Origin: Macrostomum lignano
Lineage: Eukaryota
Direction: 5' to 3'
Assembly: GCA_002269645.1 (NCBI GenBank)
Contig: NIVC01001296.1
Coordinates: 62,001-126,000, forward strand
DNA length: 64,000 bases
Positions 1 to 10,497 of this stretch are shown one piece after another (position 1 is the stretch's first letter; each line of letters begins with the position of its first letter). Below the pieces are notes generated by a model. The model saw only the letters and a list, made by a program, of their open reading frames with translations, was not told the DNA's origin and ran no database searches. The position numbers and the translations under genes are program-made.

Positions 1-2
1 AT

Positions 3-2522
3 GTCAGAATTTGCGCCGACTACAAAGCGGGGGTCAACCATCAGGTGTGCGGGGACACCTACCCCATGCCAACCGTCGAAACGATCTTCTCGGACGTTGC
101 CGGAATGACTGACTTTGCCACTCTCGACCTATCTGACGCCTACTTACAGATCGAGCTCGAGGAGAAGAGCAGGGAGGTCACCACGATTGCAACTCCTTTA
201 GGGCTGTTCCGCTACACCCGACTAGTGCCTGGCCTCAAGTCAGCATCCGCCATCTTTCAAAAGGCAATGGAGACCACCCTCGAGGACGTAAGCGGCAAGG
301 TCATTTATCAAGACGACATCCTTATCGGAGGTCAATCTGCCGAGGGTCTCAAGGCCAAAGTTGATGAAGTAATCAAGACCCTACAGGCGGCCGGCATGAA
401 TATAAATCTCGCCAAATCCAACCTGGGGGCCAAGACAGTCAAGTTCCTGGGCTACAGAATCAGCGCAGACGGAATCTCGCCAGACCCCGGCCTGGTCAGC
501 AAAATCATGGAGATCTCCGCGCCACGCGACCGTCGCCAGTTAGAGTCGTTCCTTGGTCTCTGCAATTTCTTCGGAAGGTTTGTCAACAACTATGCGCACG
601 TTGTCGAGCCTTTGAACCAGCTGCGCAAGAAGGGAGCGGAGTTTGTGTGGGGAGCTGCGCAAGAAGCGGCCTTCCACCAGCTGAAGAAGCTGCTGAGCTC
701 CGGCCCGATCATCCAGCCTTATGACCGAGCCAAAGAGACAACGCTGACGACAGACGCCAGTGAAAAGGCGGTGGCCGCCGTGCTCACGCAGGAAGGGCAC
801 CCCGTCATCTACTTCAGCCGGCGATTGACACAGGCGGAGGCGCGCTACTCCAACATCGAGCGGGAGGCTCTGGCGATTGTTTGGGCGATGGAGAGGGCTC
901 GACAGTTCCTTCTAGGCAAGCGTTTCATACTGCGAACGGACCACCGCCCTCTAGAGTTCCTGTTTGGAACAAGACAACAACTCCCCAAGGTCGCCAACGC
1001 TCGACTGCTTCGCTGGGCCATCCGCCTCATGGGGTTCGACTTCGCAATTGAGTACGTCCGAGGAGCCCAAATTCCGCACGCCGATGCGCTCTCCCGGCTC
1101 GACTTTGCCGACGTTCCGGACGACCAGGCTGAAGCTGCGACTCACCACCACCACCTGGTGCATTGGGCTGGTGAAAGCGTCATTGGTTGGAATGAGCTAG
1201 CAGAGGAGACAAAACGTGACAGGCTGCTAGCAGATGTCATGCGCAGGATAGCCGGAAATCGCTGGTCGGGCTGCTCCCCTGCAGAGCGGCCCTTCAAGGC
1301 AATTCGTCACGCGCTTACAATAGACGACTCGGTAGTGTGCTACGGAGACCGGCCAGTCATTCCCTCGTCTTTGCGAAGCCGCGTCCTGGAGTTGGTACAC
1401 AGCGGGGCGCACCCCGGTGCCTCGAGCACACGAGCGCTGGTCCGCAACTCCGTCTGGTGGCCAGGCTACTGCGGCGACGTGGAAGGATTCGTCCGTGCCT
1501 GCCACACCTGCGCCAAGCAACGCCAAAGCGGCCACAGCAGCGTCCATCAATGGCCGGCCGACTCTGAACCCTGGGGACGCGTCCACATGGACCACGCTCA
1601 CGTCCCAAAGGTCGGGCTCCTGCTGGTCCTGGTCGACGCCATGTCCGCCTGGCCGGAGGCCGTCCGAGTGCCGGACAAGAGCGCCGCGACCGTCAGGAAG
1701 GTCCTCCAGGAGGTCTTCGCCCGCAATGGAGTTCCCCGAACCCTGGTGAGTGACAATGCTGCTGAATTTCATGATGAAGGGTTGGTGAGTTGGCTGAGCA
1801 GAATTGGCTGCCGCGCTGTGAAAACTCCGCCATACCACCCCCAGTCGAACGGCCTGGCTGAGCGCATGGTGCAGACGATCAAGGTGGCCTCGGCGGGCTG
1901 GGACCAGCAGGAGTCGTACGACGCGTTCCTCGCGCGGATTCTGCTAAACTACCGATGCGTGCCGCATGCCGGAAGAGAGTTCAGTCCAGCGCAGCTGATG
2001 GGCAGGCAGCTGCGGAACCCCATCACCATGAGAACAGCAATCCGGTCCGAGGTGTGGTACGCCCCAAGGAGAGGCGCGATCCCGGAAAAGGCAGAATTCC
2101 TAGCGCAGAAGGGATCCAACACGGCGCTGATCGTGCGACAAGGCAACAGAGTCACACTCGCCCACCTTGACCAACTTCGGCGACACGAGCCTGACAACAA
2201 TGAGGGCGGCGCGACTGCGACAACCGACCTGAACGGCAACCTCCGCTCCGAGGGGGCGGCGAAGCCCGCCGACCTGCCAACAGTGACGCCCGGCAGCGAC
2301 GGACCTCCGGTCTCGGCCACGTCAGAGCAGGTGGAGAACCAGCCGGCGGCGAGCTCAGTCCCGAGTACTCCCGAGTCCGGTGGCCACAACCGCTTAGCGG
2401 AGAGCAGAGCCGGAACTGACAAGGCGACTACGGCTCAGAGACCGAGCTACAACCTCCGAGCGAATCGAGGCGTGCCCCCGTTGCGATTCGAAGGGGGAGA
2501 TGAGGTGCCGGGCGTGTTTTGA
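3..2522 (+). mobile_element. Ty3/Gypsy LTR retrotransposon pol ORF (RT-RNase H-integrase), 5'-truncated by the window edge, probably Mag-like lineage
   Basis: The frame is open from base 3 (VRICADYKAGVN...). RT motifs FATLDLSDAYLQ and YQDD; RNase H LTTDAS and YSNIEREALA; integrase zinc finger H-x4-H...C-x2-C; catalytic RVHMDH, VSDN and SNGLAERMV; C-terminal AHLDQLR. No internal stops. Confidence 0.97.
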
Positions 2523-2858
2523 TGTACTGCACTGCACCTGACTCACCTGAGTCCAATTATGAGTAACTCTAACTAGCCAGCCAGCCTAACTAACCAAACC
2601 GGCCTACTCCGGTGTACGCTGCTCTGCGTACTTTTTCTCTCTCTCCCCCTTGACATGATAATATTCAGTAGTGATCGATTCTGAGTTTTAAGCCCACTTA
2701 CTTGTTGTCTTTTAAGCCTATATATTGGTCTCGCCACCTACCACCTCGTATCTCACAATCATTGCAATAATTCGCTCATCTCAAATACACAACTTCGTAC
2801 TTGACTCAAACCAAGCTCACGGGCGGCCTTGTCATCGTTTACTGGGCGCGACTTGACA
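2491..2858 (+). mobile_element. Polypurine tract and 3' LTR of the Gypsy element
   Basis: PPT AAGGGGGAGA (2491-2500) is followed directly by TG at 2501. TATA-like TATATAT near 2718. The right boundary (...ACTTGACA, 2858) is assumed from where the minisatellite begins, because the 5' LTR lies outside the window. Confidence 0.65.
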
Positions 2859-4100
2859 TGTAGTTTGTGTTGTATTTAGTGTAGTTAGTGGCGTAGTTTG
2901 TGTAGTTTGTGGTGTAGTTAGTGTAGTTTGTAGTGTATTTAGTGTAGTTAGTGGCGTAGTTAATGTAGTTTGTGGTGTAGTTAGTGTAGTTTGTGGGGTA
3001 CTTAGTGTAGTTTGTGGTGTATTTAGTGTAGTTTGTGGTGTAGTTAATGTAGTTTGTGGTGTAGTTAGTGTAGTTTGTGGTGTAGTTAATGTAGTTTGTG
3101 GTGTAGTTAATGTAGTTTGTGGTGTAGTTAATGTAGTTTGTGGTGTAGTTAGTGTAGTTTGTGGTGTAGTTAATGTAGTTTGTGGTGTATTTAGTGTAGT
3201 TTGTGGTGTAGTTAATGTAGTTTGTTGTGTATTTAGTGTAGTTTGTGGGGTACTTAGTGTAGTTTGTGGTGTAGTTAATGTAGTTTGTGGTGTAGTTAGT
3301 GTAGTTTGTGGTGTAGTTAATGTAGTTTGTGGTGTAGTTAATGTAGTTTGTGGTGTAGTTAATGTAGTTTGTGGTGTAGTTAGTGTAGTTTGTGGTGTAG
3401 TTAATGTAGTTTGTGGTGTAGTTAATGTAGTTTGTGGTGTAGTTAATGTAGTTTGTGGTGTAGTTAGTGTAGTTTGTGGTGTAGTTAATGTAGTTTGTGG
3501 TGTATTTAGTGTAGTTTGTGGTGTAGTTAATGTAGTTTGTTGTGTATTTAGTGTAGTTTGTGGGGTACTTAGTGTAGTTTGTGGTGTAGTTAATGTAGTT
3601 TGTGGTGTAGTTAATGTAGTTTGTGGTGTAGTTAATGTAGTTTGTTGTGTATTTAGTGTAGTTTGTGGTGTAGTTAATGTAGTTTGTGGTGTATTTAGTG
3701 TAGTTTGTGGTGTAGTTAATGTAGTTTGTGGTGTATTTAGTGTAGTTTGTGGTGTAGTTAATGTAGTTTGTTGTGTATTTAGTGTAGTTTGTGGGGTACT
3801 TAGTGTAGTTTGTGGTGTAGTTAGTGTAGTTTGTGGGATACTTAGTGTAGTTTGTGGTGTAGTTTTTGTAGTTTGTGGCTGTGGTGTAGTTAATGTAGCT
3901 TGTGGTGTAGTTAGTGTAGTTTGTGATGTAGTTGGTGTAGTTAATGGTGTAGTTTGTGTAGTTTGTGATGTAGTTGGTGTAGTTTGTGGGTAGTTAGTGC
4001 AGTTTTTGGGGTAGCTGGTGCAGCCTGTGGGGTGTTTTAAATAGTCTGTGGTGTAGTTGGAGGTTTGTTGGTGTTGTTTGGTGTTTAGCGGTAGGCAGGT
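2859..4100. repeat. 21-bp minisatellite (GTAGTTTGTGGTGTAGTTA[A/G]T)n, roughly 50 copies, degenerate at both ends
   Basis: Periodicity seen directly in the sequence. Confidence 0.95.
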
Positions 4101-4217
4101 GGTTTCGCAGTTTTAGCTTAGTATTTCGTTGGCTAGCATCAGTTAGGCTCAGTAGTATTGGTGGGACATTGACTGAAATATGAATTATTGAAGCCACCCC
4201 TCACCGCCTGTCCTCAG

Positions 4218-4309
4218 TCGGCAGCGCCGGCGAGGCGGTCAGGGAGTTCGTGTACGGCATTCTCACCCGCATCGACCTGCTCAACTTTATCCTCAAGATG
4301 CAGGAGTGA
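4218..4309 (+). CDS. CBS: Terminal coding exon of cystathionine beta-synthase (end of the CBS2 regulatory domain)
   Basis: Pyrimidine-rich acceptor CCTGTCCTCAG| then phase-1 frame x|TC-GSAGEAVREFVYGILTRIDLLNFILKMQE*. This matches the recalled metazoan CBS C-terminus (human ...[26 protein letters not shown], whose last intron I recall as also phase 1). Absent from the ORF track. AATAAA at 4875. Confidence 0.75.
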
Positions 4310-5472
4310 CCGCTGCATCTTGTTCTCTTTTCTGTCCTGGAAAACAAATTACTCTTTTTTGCTCCAATGCCCTAACAGATAAATTTCGATTTTTATTGCA
4401 ACGCCATTTTTCGTTTTTTTGGGTGTTTTGTTGTCATTCCAGTGTTTCTGTGTCTTTTTTGTTTGTTGCAATGAAAATATTGCAGAATCTATTAGGTTTA
4501 AATGCGCGCTGGAATGTGTTGAATTCAATGCAATTTTGTCCCGAGAGAGATCTCAAAGTCTGTGCCACTGTTTAAAGAAATTAGTTAATTGTATTTTCAA
4601 CTGCCGTTTTATTGTCTCATTTTTAATCTTTCCTTTGTTTTGGTGACTTTTTTGAGCCGTTTTTTCTCTTTTCTGTTCTGAGTTTTGTTGCAGCAACCAG
4701 ATAATCTCTAGTAGGAGTGCTTTGTGTAACTTTGTACGCACTTTTTGCTCTATATATTAGATCTCACTACTTACTGTCCACACTAGTTTTTCAGTAGCCA
4801 TTTACGATTGTTTTGTGATAAATATAAGTTCTCAATATTGGGAAGATGTTGCTAGCACCTGACAGATGTAACTCAATAAAGTCCATAAATTTCTTATTAT
4901 CAACTTGTTTTTGATTTTCACAAATCCGTGCGACAGCTGGGCTCATTTACTTTGGAAGAAGAAAAAAGAAAACATAAGAGAGAGAGAGAGAGACAGAATT
5001 GACAGCAAATTAACAGGGCGATAAAGTTTCTCTTTTGCCAGTTTGAAAATAAAAAATATATCAGCTGGTTGTCCAACACTCGAAATAGTCGCCAAATCAG
5101 GCTGTGAGAGAATCCGCATGCCCGCTTAAGCTGTAAAAGTTGAGATATTAAAATTACACCGAATTTTGCCGGAGATTCGAAATTCCATAACTATTAAGAA
5201 GTGCAGTAGCCAGGGTGAGGGTGGGAATAAAAATAAGCGACTGGGGGCTCAGGGCTTCTCATAAATCATTAATTATAGGCCATCATTAAACGTATATATA
5301 AACACAGTACAGTACTGTAACAGGCGTCCGCTATTTTCATGGGCCTCTAAAAGTAGCTTGAAGTACACTTAAGGCATAGAAAGAAATGTTAAGTGAGTTT
5401 CTTCTGTTCAGGCGGACGTTGTTTGTCGGATTTTCGAGTATCTCGTCTTTTAGCTCGTATAATTAACTATTG

Positions 5473-5781
5473 TTAGTTGCTGACCAAGGGCGGCAGCTGC
5501 TGCTTGCCCGCCGACAGCGGCCGGGTCTCCAGTTCGTGAATCTGGGTGCGCAGCTGCTGGATCAGCAGCCGCTGGGTTTCAATTGTCCGCTCCTTCTCCT
5601 CCATGTCCTTCTCCAGAATTGGATTGGACTTGTTGGACGTCACCATGGCTACTAGTTGCTTGGCCTGGTCGTTGTTCTTCCTGTGCAGGCCGACCGCCGC
5701 CTCGAGGTCATGAATCTGGGTTCGTGACTTCTTCAGGTCGCGCCGCAGGTCGTTGATCTCCTTGATTAGCGACACGTTCTC
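5473..5781 (-). CDS. CFAP57: CFAP57 terminal coding exon 8
   Basis: Acceptor CCCTACCAG|[14 protein letters not shown]...PPLVSN*. Confidence 0.9.
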   Translation of the reverse strand, partial: ENVSLIKEINDLRRDLKKSRTQIHDLEAAVGLHRKNNDQAKQLVAMVTSNKSNPILEKDMEEKERTIETQRLLIQQLRTQIHELETRPLSAGKQQLPPLVSN

Positions 5782-8700
5782 CTGGTAGGGTCCGGAATCA
5801 GAAAAGTTTTAATTCGTGCTAGGGAGAAATTCCTAGGATTTCTCTGGACCCAACCACGCCACTCCGCCAACCACCTCACTCCGCAAACCCCCTCACTCCG
5901 CCAACCACCTCACTCCGCAAACCCTCTCACTCCGCCAACCACCTCACTCCGCTAACCCCCTCACTCCGCCAACCCCCTCACTCGACCAACCCCCTCACTC
6001 CACCAACCACCTCACTCCGCCAACCCCCTTACTCCGCCAACCACCTCACTCCGCCAACCATCTCAATCCGCCAACCACCTCACTCCGCCAACCATTTCAC
6101 TCCGTCAACCCTCTCATTCCGCCACGCCCACCGACCTCACACCTTCCAGAATCATCAGAGGCATCCCACTCACCTGCATGATGCGCACGTAATCAGCCCT
6201 GTGAATGTCATTCTCTTTAGCCAGCTTCTTTCGCAGCGAGGCCACGGATCTTTCAAGGTGCTCGCGCTGCCTGGCGAACTCCTTCTGTATGTCGGCGTCC
6301 ATGTTGGCCTCGCTAGCCTGGTAGTTAGTGCGGGAAAGTTGTATTTAAAAATTTCTCTCTGATTATTTCATATTGAGTCCACAACTTCACAGCATCGAAC
6401 TCACCATATCGTCATCACGGACGTGCTTCCTGTACATCGACATGATGCTCTCCTTCAGCTGTTTTGGCTCCTGAATGAAGTTTACGCAATTGTGCAGGTC
6501 GGTCTTGAACCGGCGCACCGCCGCCTCGACCCTGAACTTCTCGGTCTTCTCATTCTTCAAATCGTTCTCAACCGCCTTGAGCTTGTCCCTCATCTCGCTG
6601 ATGTTGAGCTCCAGCTGCGTGTTCTGCTTGTGGAACCGCTCCAGCTCGGACTCCATCTCCTGGATCTGCTCCTTGTAGTTCTTGATGTCCTGCTCGCGCG
6701 GCTCGATCTGCTTCTTGAGCTCCTTGATCTTGTAGTCCAGGACGAACTTGAACTTCTCCAGCTCCTGGTTCTTCTTCTTCAGATCGTAGATTCGCTTCTC
6801 CTTGTCCTGGATGGTCTCATCTCGCTCCTGGATCTCCTTCTTCAGTCCGTCGATGTCCTTCTGCAGGTTGCGGATGACGTTGTTGAGCTTCTGATTCTCC
6901 GTCTGCAGCTTCTTGATTTCGTCCTTGTGATCGTCGATCTCCTTCTGCAGCGAGGTGAACTTCTTCTTCATGATGCCGGACTCGCTCTTCAGCTTCGTGT
7001 TGGATTCTTTCTCCTCGCGGAGCCGCTTCTCGTACTTGATCTTCGAGTCCAGAATCTCGCGGTCGGCGTCTTCCTCGATTAGCTTCTTGGTCTCCTCGTA
7101 CTCCTCCGTCTGCTGGTGGATCTGGCTCTCTAGCTCCTCGATCTTCTCGTCCAGCTGCCGGATTCGCTCCTCGAATTTCTCGGTGATCTCCTCCTCCGAC
7201 TTCTGGCGCGCCTCCTCCATCTCCTGCAGCTGGCGCTCGTAGTCCTCCTGCATCTTCTGCGACTTGGACTGCAGCTCCTGGTACTTCTCGTACTCCATCA
7301 TCAGCTTCTGGTTGTTGGCGGCTTCCATGTCCTGCACCTCCTTGCTGTGCTTCTCCATCACCTCCTGCAACTGTTCCTCGTGCTTGGCCTCCTCCTTGTC
7401 CTTCTCCGTCTTCAGCACTTGGTTCTTTGTCTTGAGCGATTCCATCTCCTGGATGAACTTCTCAGTGAGCTCCTTGATCTTGTCGTTATAGTTCATGTCC
7501 TTCATGCGCAGCTGGTACTCGTTGCCGATCTTCAACTCCTCCACGCGCTGGTTGAGCTCGGCGGTCAACGCGTTCTTCTCCTCCAGGTCGGACTTGGTGA
7601 TGAGGATCTCCTCGGCCCAGCCAGTCTCCTTGTCGCGCTTGAGCCCGCGGCCCTCCTTGTCCGTCACCTTCCAGATTAGCACGCAGCCATCGTCGCCAAC
7701 GGTGACCATGTACTCGTCGGTGCAGACCAGGCGCATCTTGTTAACGCCGCCGCTATGCGCTGCCACCTCCTGCCAGTCGGAACCGGCGCCGCCGCCAACC
7801 GAGGCCGCCGTGAAGGGGAACTTGATGGCCCGGACTGAGCCGGACTTGGTGCCGGCGAACATCATCCGGCCGGAGTTGGACATGGCCAGCGAGGTGAACT
7901 CGGCCTCGCCGGCGTCAATGGCCGGCATCGGCTCCTCATCGGTGATCTCCTTCAGCTTGCCGTCGCTGCCTACAGCGTAGGTTGTCTTCACGTCGGCCGT
8001 GGCGGCGACGCCCGTGTAGCTGCAGGTCTTGAGCACGTGCTCGCGCAGCCGCTTGCCGGTGGCCACCTCCCACTCGTAAACGGCGCCGTCCATGCCGCAG
8101 GACACCAGCTTGCTGTCGTCGTTGGACCAAACTAAGCCTTTGATCTTGCCGTTGTGGCCTTTGAAGTTGCCGACATTTTCAAAGCTGATGGTTGAGAAGA
8201 TCTGGATGATGTTGCCGTGGACGGCGGCGAACAGATGGCCACCGTTGCTGAAGGCGCACTGCGGGGGGAGACGTTTGGAGAGGAAATAATTGACACTATG
8301 AGATGAATCGTGTGCTCATCGCTATGAGTTTCTGAGTCTGTATTCGAGGACCACATCAGGCAGGCTCACGCGTTCAAAGTTTTATTCAATGGGACTCACC
8401 TCGCGGCAGCCGCGGATAGTGAACTCTTTGAAGGTGCGAATGTCGTCAATGAGCAGGTTCATCAGGCGGAGCTTGTCGCTGAATCCTACCAGCAGGAACA
8501 GGCCGGACGGGTGCAGGGCCACGCTGTAGGCCTCCTCAGCGAACTCCTTGTACAGCTCGCATTGGCTGGGTGGGTTGGGGTGGCGATTTAATACAATTTT
8601 TGCTCCTAACTTTAGCTCTGGGCCATTCTCGAGCCCCAGCTACGCGAACTCACTTGGTCTCAAAGTTCCAAATTCGAACCGAACGATCCACGGAGCAGGT

Positions 8701-10497
8701 GGCGACCAGCGGTTTTCGTGCGCAAACGTCCAGTCCGAGCACCTGGCTGCTGTGGAAACTGTGCGACAGCTGCTCAAATTGAGCATAGTCACCGCCCTGG
8801 ATTTGCGAAGTTTTTTTTAATTGTTATACATTGCTTGTTCAACTTTTAGGCCAGAATTTTCTTCCCCTGCTTCTTACCTTGCCAAGCTCTGACGAGGCCA
8901 GGGAGATCTGGTAGATTTGGCCTCGGTCAGTGGCTGCCACCAGGTTTTCCTCAGAGGGGCTGATGCTGAGCTGAATGATGATCTGCTGCTCCGAAACTGA
9001 CGGATCTGCGCTAAATGGGTCTGCCGGGATCTGCGCAATAAAGATGTACGGGTTTGGCTTTAGTTTTTATGCACAAAGACTTTGTATACATTCTGGGATT
9101 GATGAGAGTAGAGAGGAAGCCATCCCACCCTAGGCTGTACATTCTGGGGTTAACGGGGGTAAAGAGAGAGCCATCCCGCCCTGGACTGTACATTCTGGGG
9201 TTGACGGGGTAAAAGAGAGAGCCATCCCGCCCTAGACTGTACATTTTGGGGTTGACGGGGGTAGAGAGGAAGCCATCCCGCCCTAGACTGTACATTCTGG
9301 GGTTGACGGGGGTAGAGAGGAAGCCATCCCACCCTAGACTGTACATTCTGGGATTGACGGGGGTAGAGAGAAAGCCATCCCACCCTCGACTGTACATTTC
9401 AGGCTTGATAGGGATAAGACAGAAAACCAGCCTACATTATGGTACTTTCAGGGTAATGGAACGGGGGGTTCAGCCTTACCCTGATCTCTCTGGCCTTCTT
9501 GTAGTACTCTTTGCCGTCCTCCATGCGCTCGAACAGATGCACCCGGCCGGCGCCGCACGAGACAGCAAAGCCTTTTGAGTAGGCGGCAATGGAGTGCGCC
9601 TGGTTGGCCATCGCGGCGTTGAGATCGGACTCGCGGTCGCCGGACTCGCTGGCCGACTCGGCCATGGTGAACTCAGCTCGCTGCTCGCCGTTCTCCATCA
9701 GCACCCACTTGCCGCTGTCTGTGCCGGCAACAATTCTCTCGTCCGACACCCAGCAGTGGCTGACAAAATTCTGCGGCTCAGTTTTTGACACGGCGAACTG
9801 TTTGAGATTGTTCTCGGAGTAGCGGTACAGCTTGAAGGTGCCGTTGCCAACAACGGACACCTGGGTGCTGTCTTGCGGGTTGAAAGCAATCTGGAAAGTT
9901 TTTTTATGGACCGAAATCAATCATTTTTTCCACGTAGAAGTCTAGGCTCAATAAAGGGTGTCTGTTGACCTTCTGTGACCTCTTAATCTCTATTGGCGCA
10001 CTGTGACTCACCTGATTAACAGAAGCGTGCGGCGTCACCTGCACGTTGAGCGATTTGACAATGGCGAGCTGCTTGTTTTTCTCCCAGCTCCAGTAGACCA
10101 GGTGATAGTCCGGCTTGCCAGACTGCCCGGCCAGGTACTTTGAGTCAGGCGAAAAGGCCACGCTCACGTAGTCTCCTGAGGCCACCTCGGCCGAGCTCAC
10201 CGTCTTCTTCTTCTTGGTTGTCTGCACGTCGTAGACGTGAATCAGCGGCTTCTCCTCGGCTCTGGCCGCTTCGGCTACGGCGACGAATCGCCGATTGGGC
10301 GACACGGCCATGGCGGTGATGCCGGAGCATTTCTCCGACAGCGAGATGAATCGCTGAGTCTTCTGGTCGACATTGTGCAGCACGATGCTGTTACCGCACG
10401 GATAGACCACCGTCTGCTCGTCGACAAAGTAGATGTTCCCGGCGACTCCGGTGCGCAGGCCGAAGGCGTGCCTCAGCTGGATACCGGCGATTGACAT
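5473..10497 (-). CDS. CFAP57: Cilia- and flagella-associated protein 57 (WDR65): WD40 N-terminus plus long coiled coil, 8 coding exons, about 1221 aa
   Basis: Exons 10497-10012, 9890-9480, 9030-8878, 8796-8654, 8565-8400, 8258-6405, 6317-6174, 5781-5473. All introns are GT-AG with consistent phases, giving 3666 nt. Translation follows CFAP57 ([110 protein letters not shown]). Confidence 0.95.
5849..6124. repeat. 17-bp minisatellite (CCGCCAACCACCTCACT)n in CFAP57 intron 7
   Basis: Periodicity seen directly. Confidence 0.9.
6174..6317 (-). CDS. CFAP57: CFAP57 coding exon 7
   Basis: [25 protein letters not shown]...YVRIMQ|GTGAGT. Confidence 0.9.
6405..8258 (-). CDS. CFAP57: CFAP57 coding exon 6 (last WD40 repeats and most of the coiled coil)
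   Basis: Acceptor CCCCCCGCAG|[13 protein letters not shown]; contains the 572-aa ORF; donor ATG|GTGAGT. Confidence 0.93.
8400..8565 (-). CDS. CFAP57: CFAP57 coding exon 5
   Basis: (N)[21 protein letters not shown]...IRGCRE; donor GAG|GTGAGT. Confidence 0.9.
8654..8796 (-). CDS. CFAP57: CFAP57 coding exon 4
   Basis: [47 protein letters not shown]; phase-2 donor AA|GTGAGT. Confidence 0.88.
8878..9030 (-). CDS. CFAP57: CFAP57 coding exon 3
   Basis: [18 protein letters not shown]...SSELGK; acceptor TTATTGCGCAG; donor AAG|GTAAGA. Not in the ORF track. Confidence 0.88.
9086..9397. repeat. 51-bp minisatellite, about 6 copies, in CFAP57 intron 2
   Basis: Unit TACATTCTGGGGTTGACGGGGGTAGAGAGGAAGCCATCCCACCCTAGACTG; it produces the 17-aa repeats in ORFs 9011-9397 and 9246-9578. 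Confidence 0.92.
9480..9890 (-). CDS. CFAP57: CFAP57 coding exon 2
   Basis: Acceptor TTTCCAG|IAFNPQDS; donor AGG|GTAAGG. Confidence 0.9.
10012..10497 (-). CDS. CFAP57: CFAP57 coding exon 1
   Basis: ACC-ATG start ([13 protein letters not shown]); donor CAG|GTGAGT. Confidence 0.9.

Noticed and set aside
2859-4100. The minus strand of the 21-mer array can be read as a mucin-like (TTPQTTL)n peptide
   Set aside because: No start or splice context found, and it lies in the inferred CBS intron next to an LTR; a 21-bp unit is open in some frames by chance.
540-10494. Antisense and alternate-frame ORFs overlapping Gypsy pol and CFAP57 exons
   Set aside because: Shadow ORFs expected from GC-rich codon usage; no independent domain signal.
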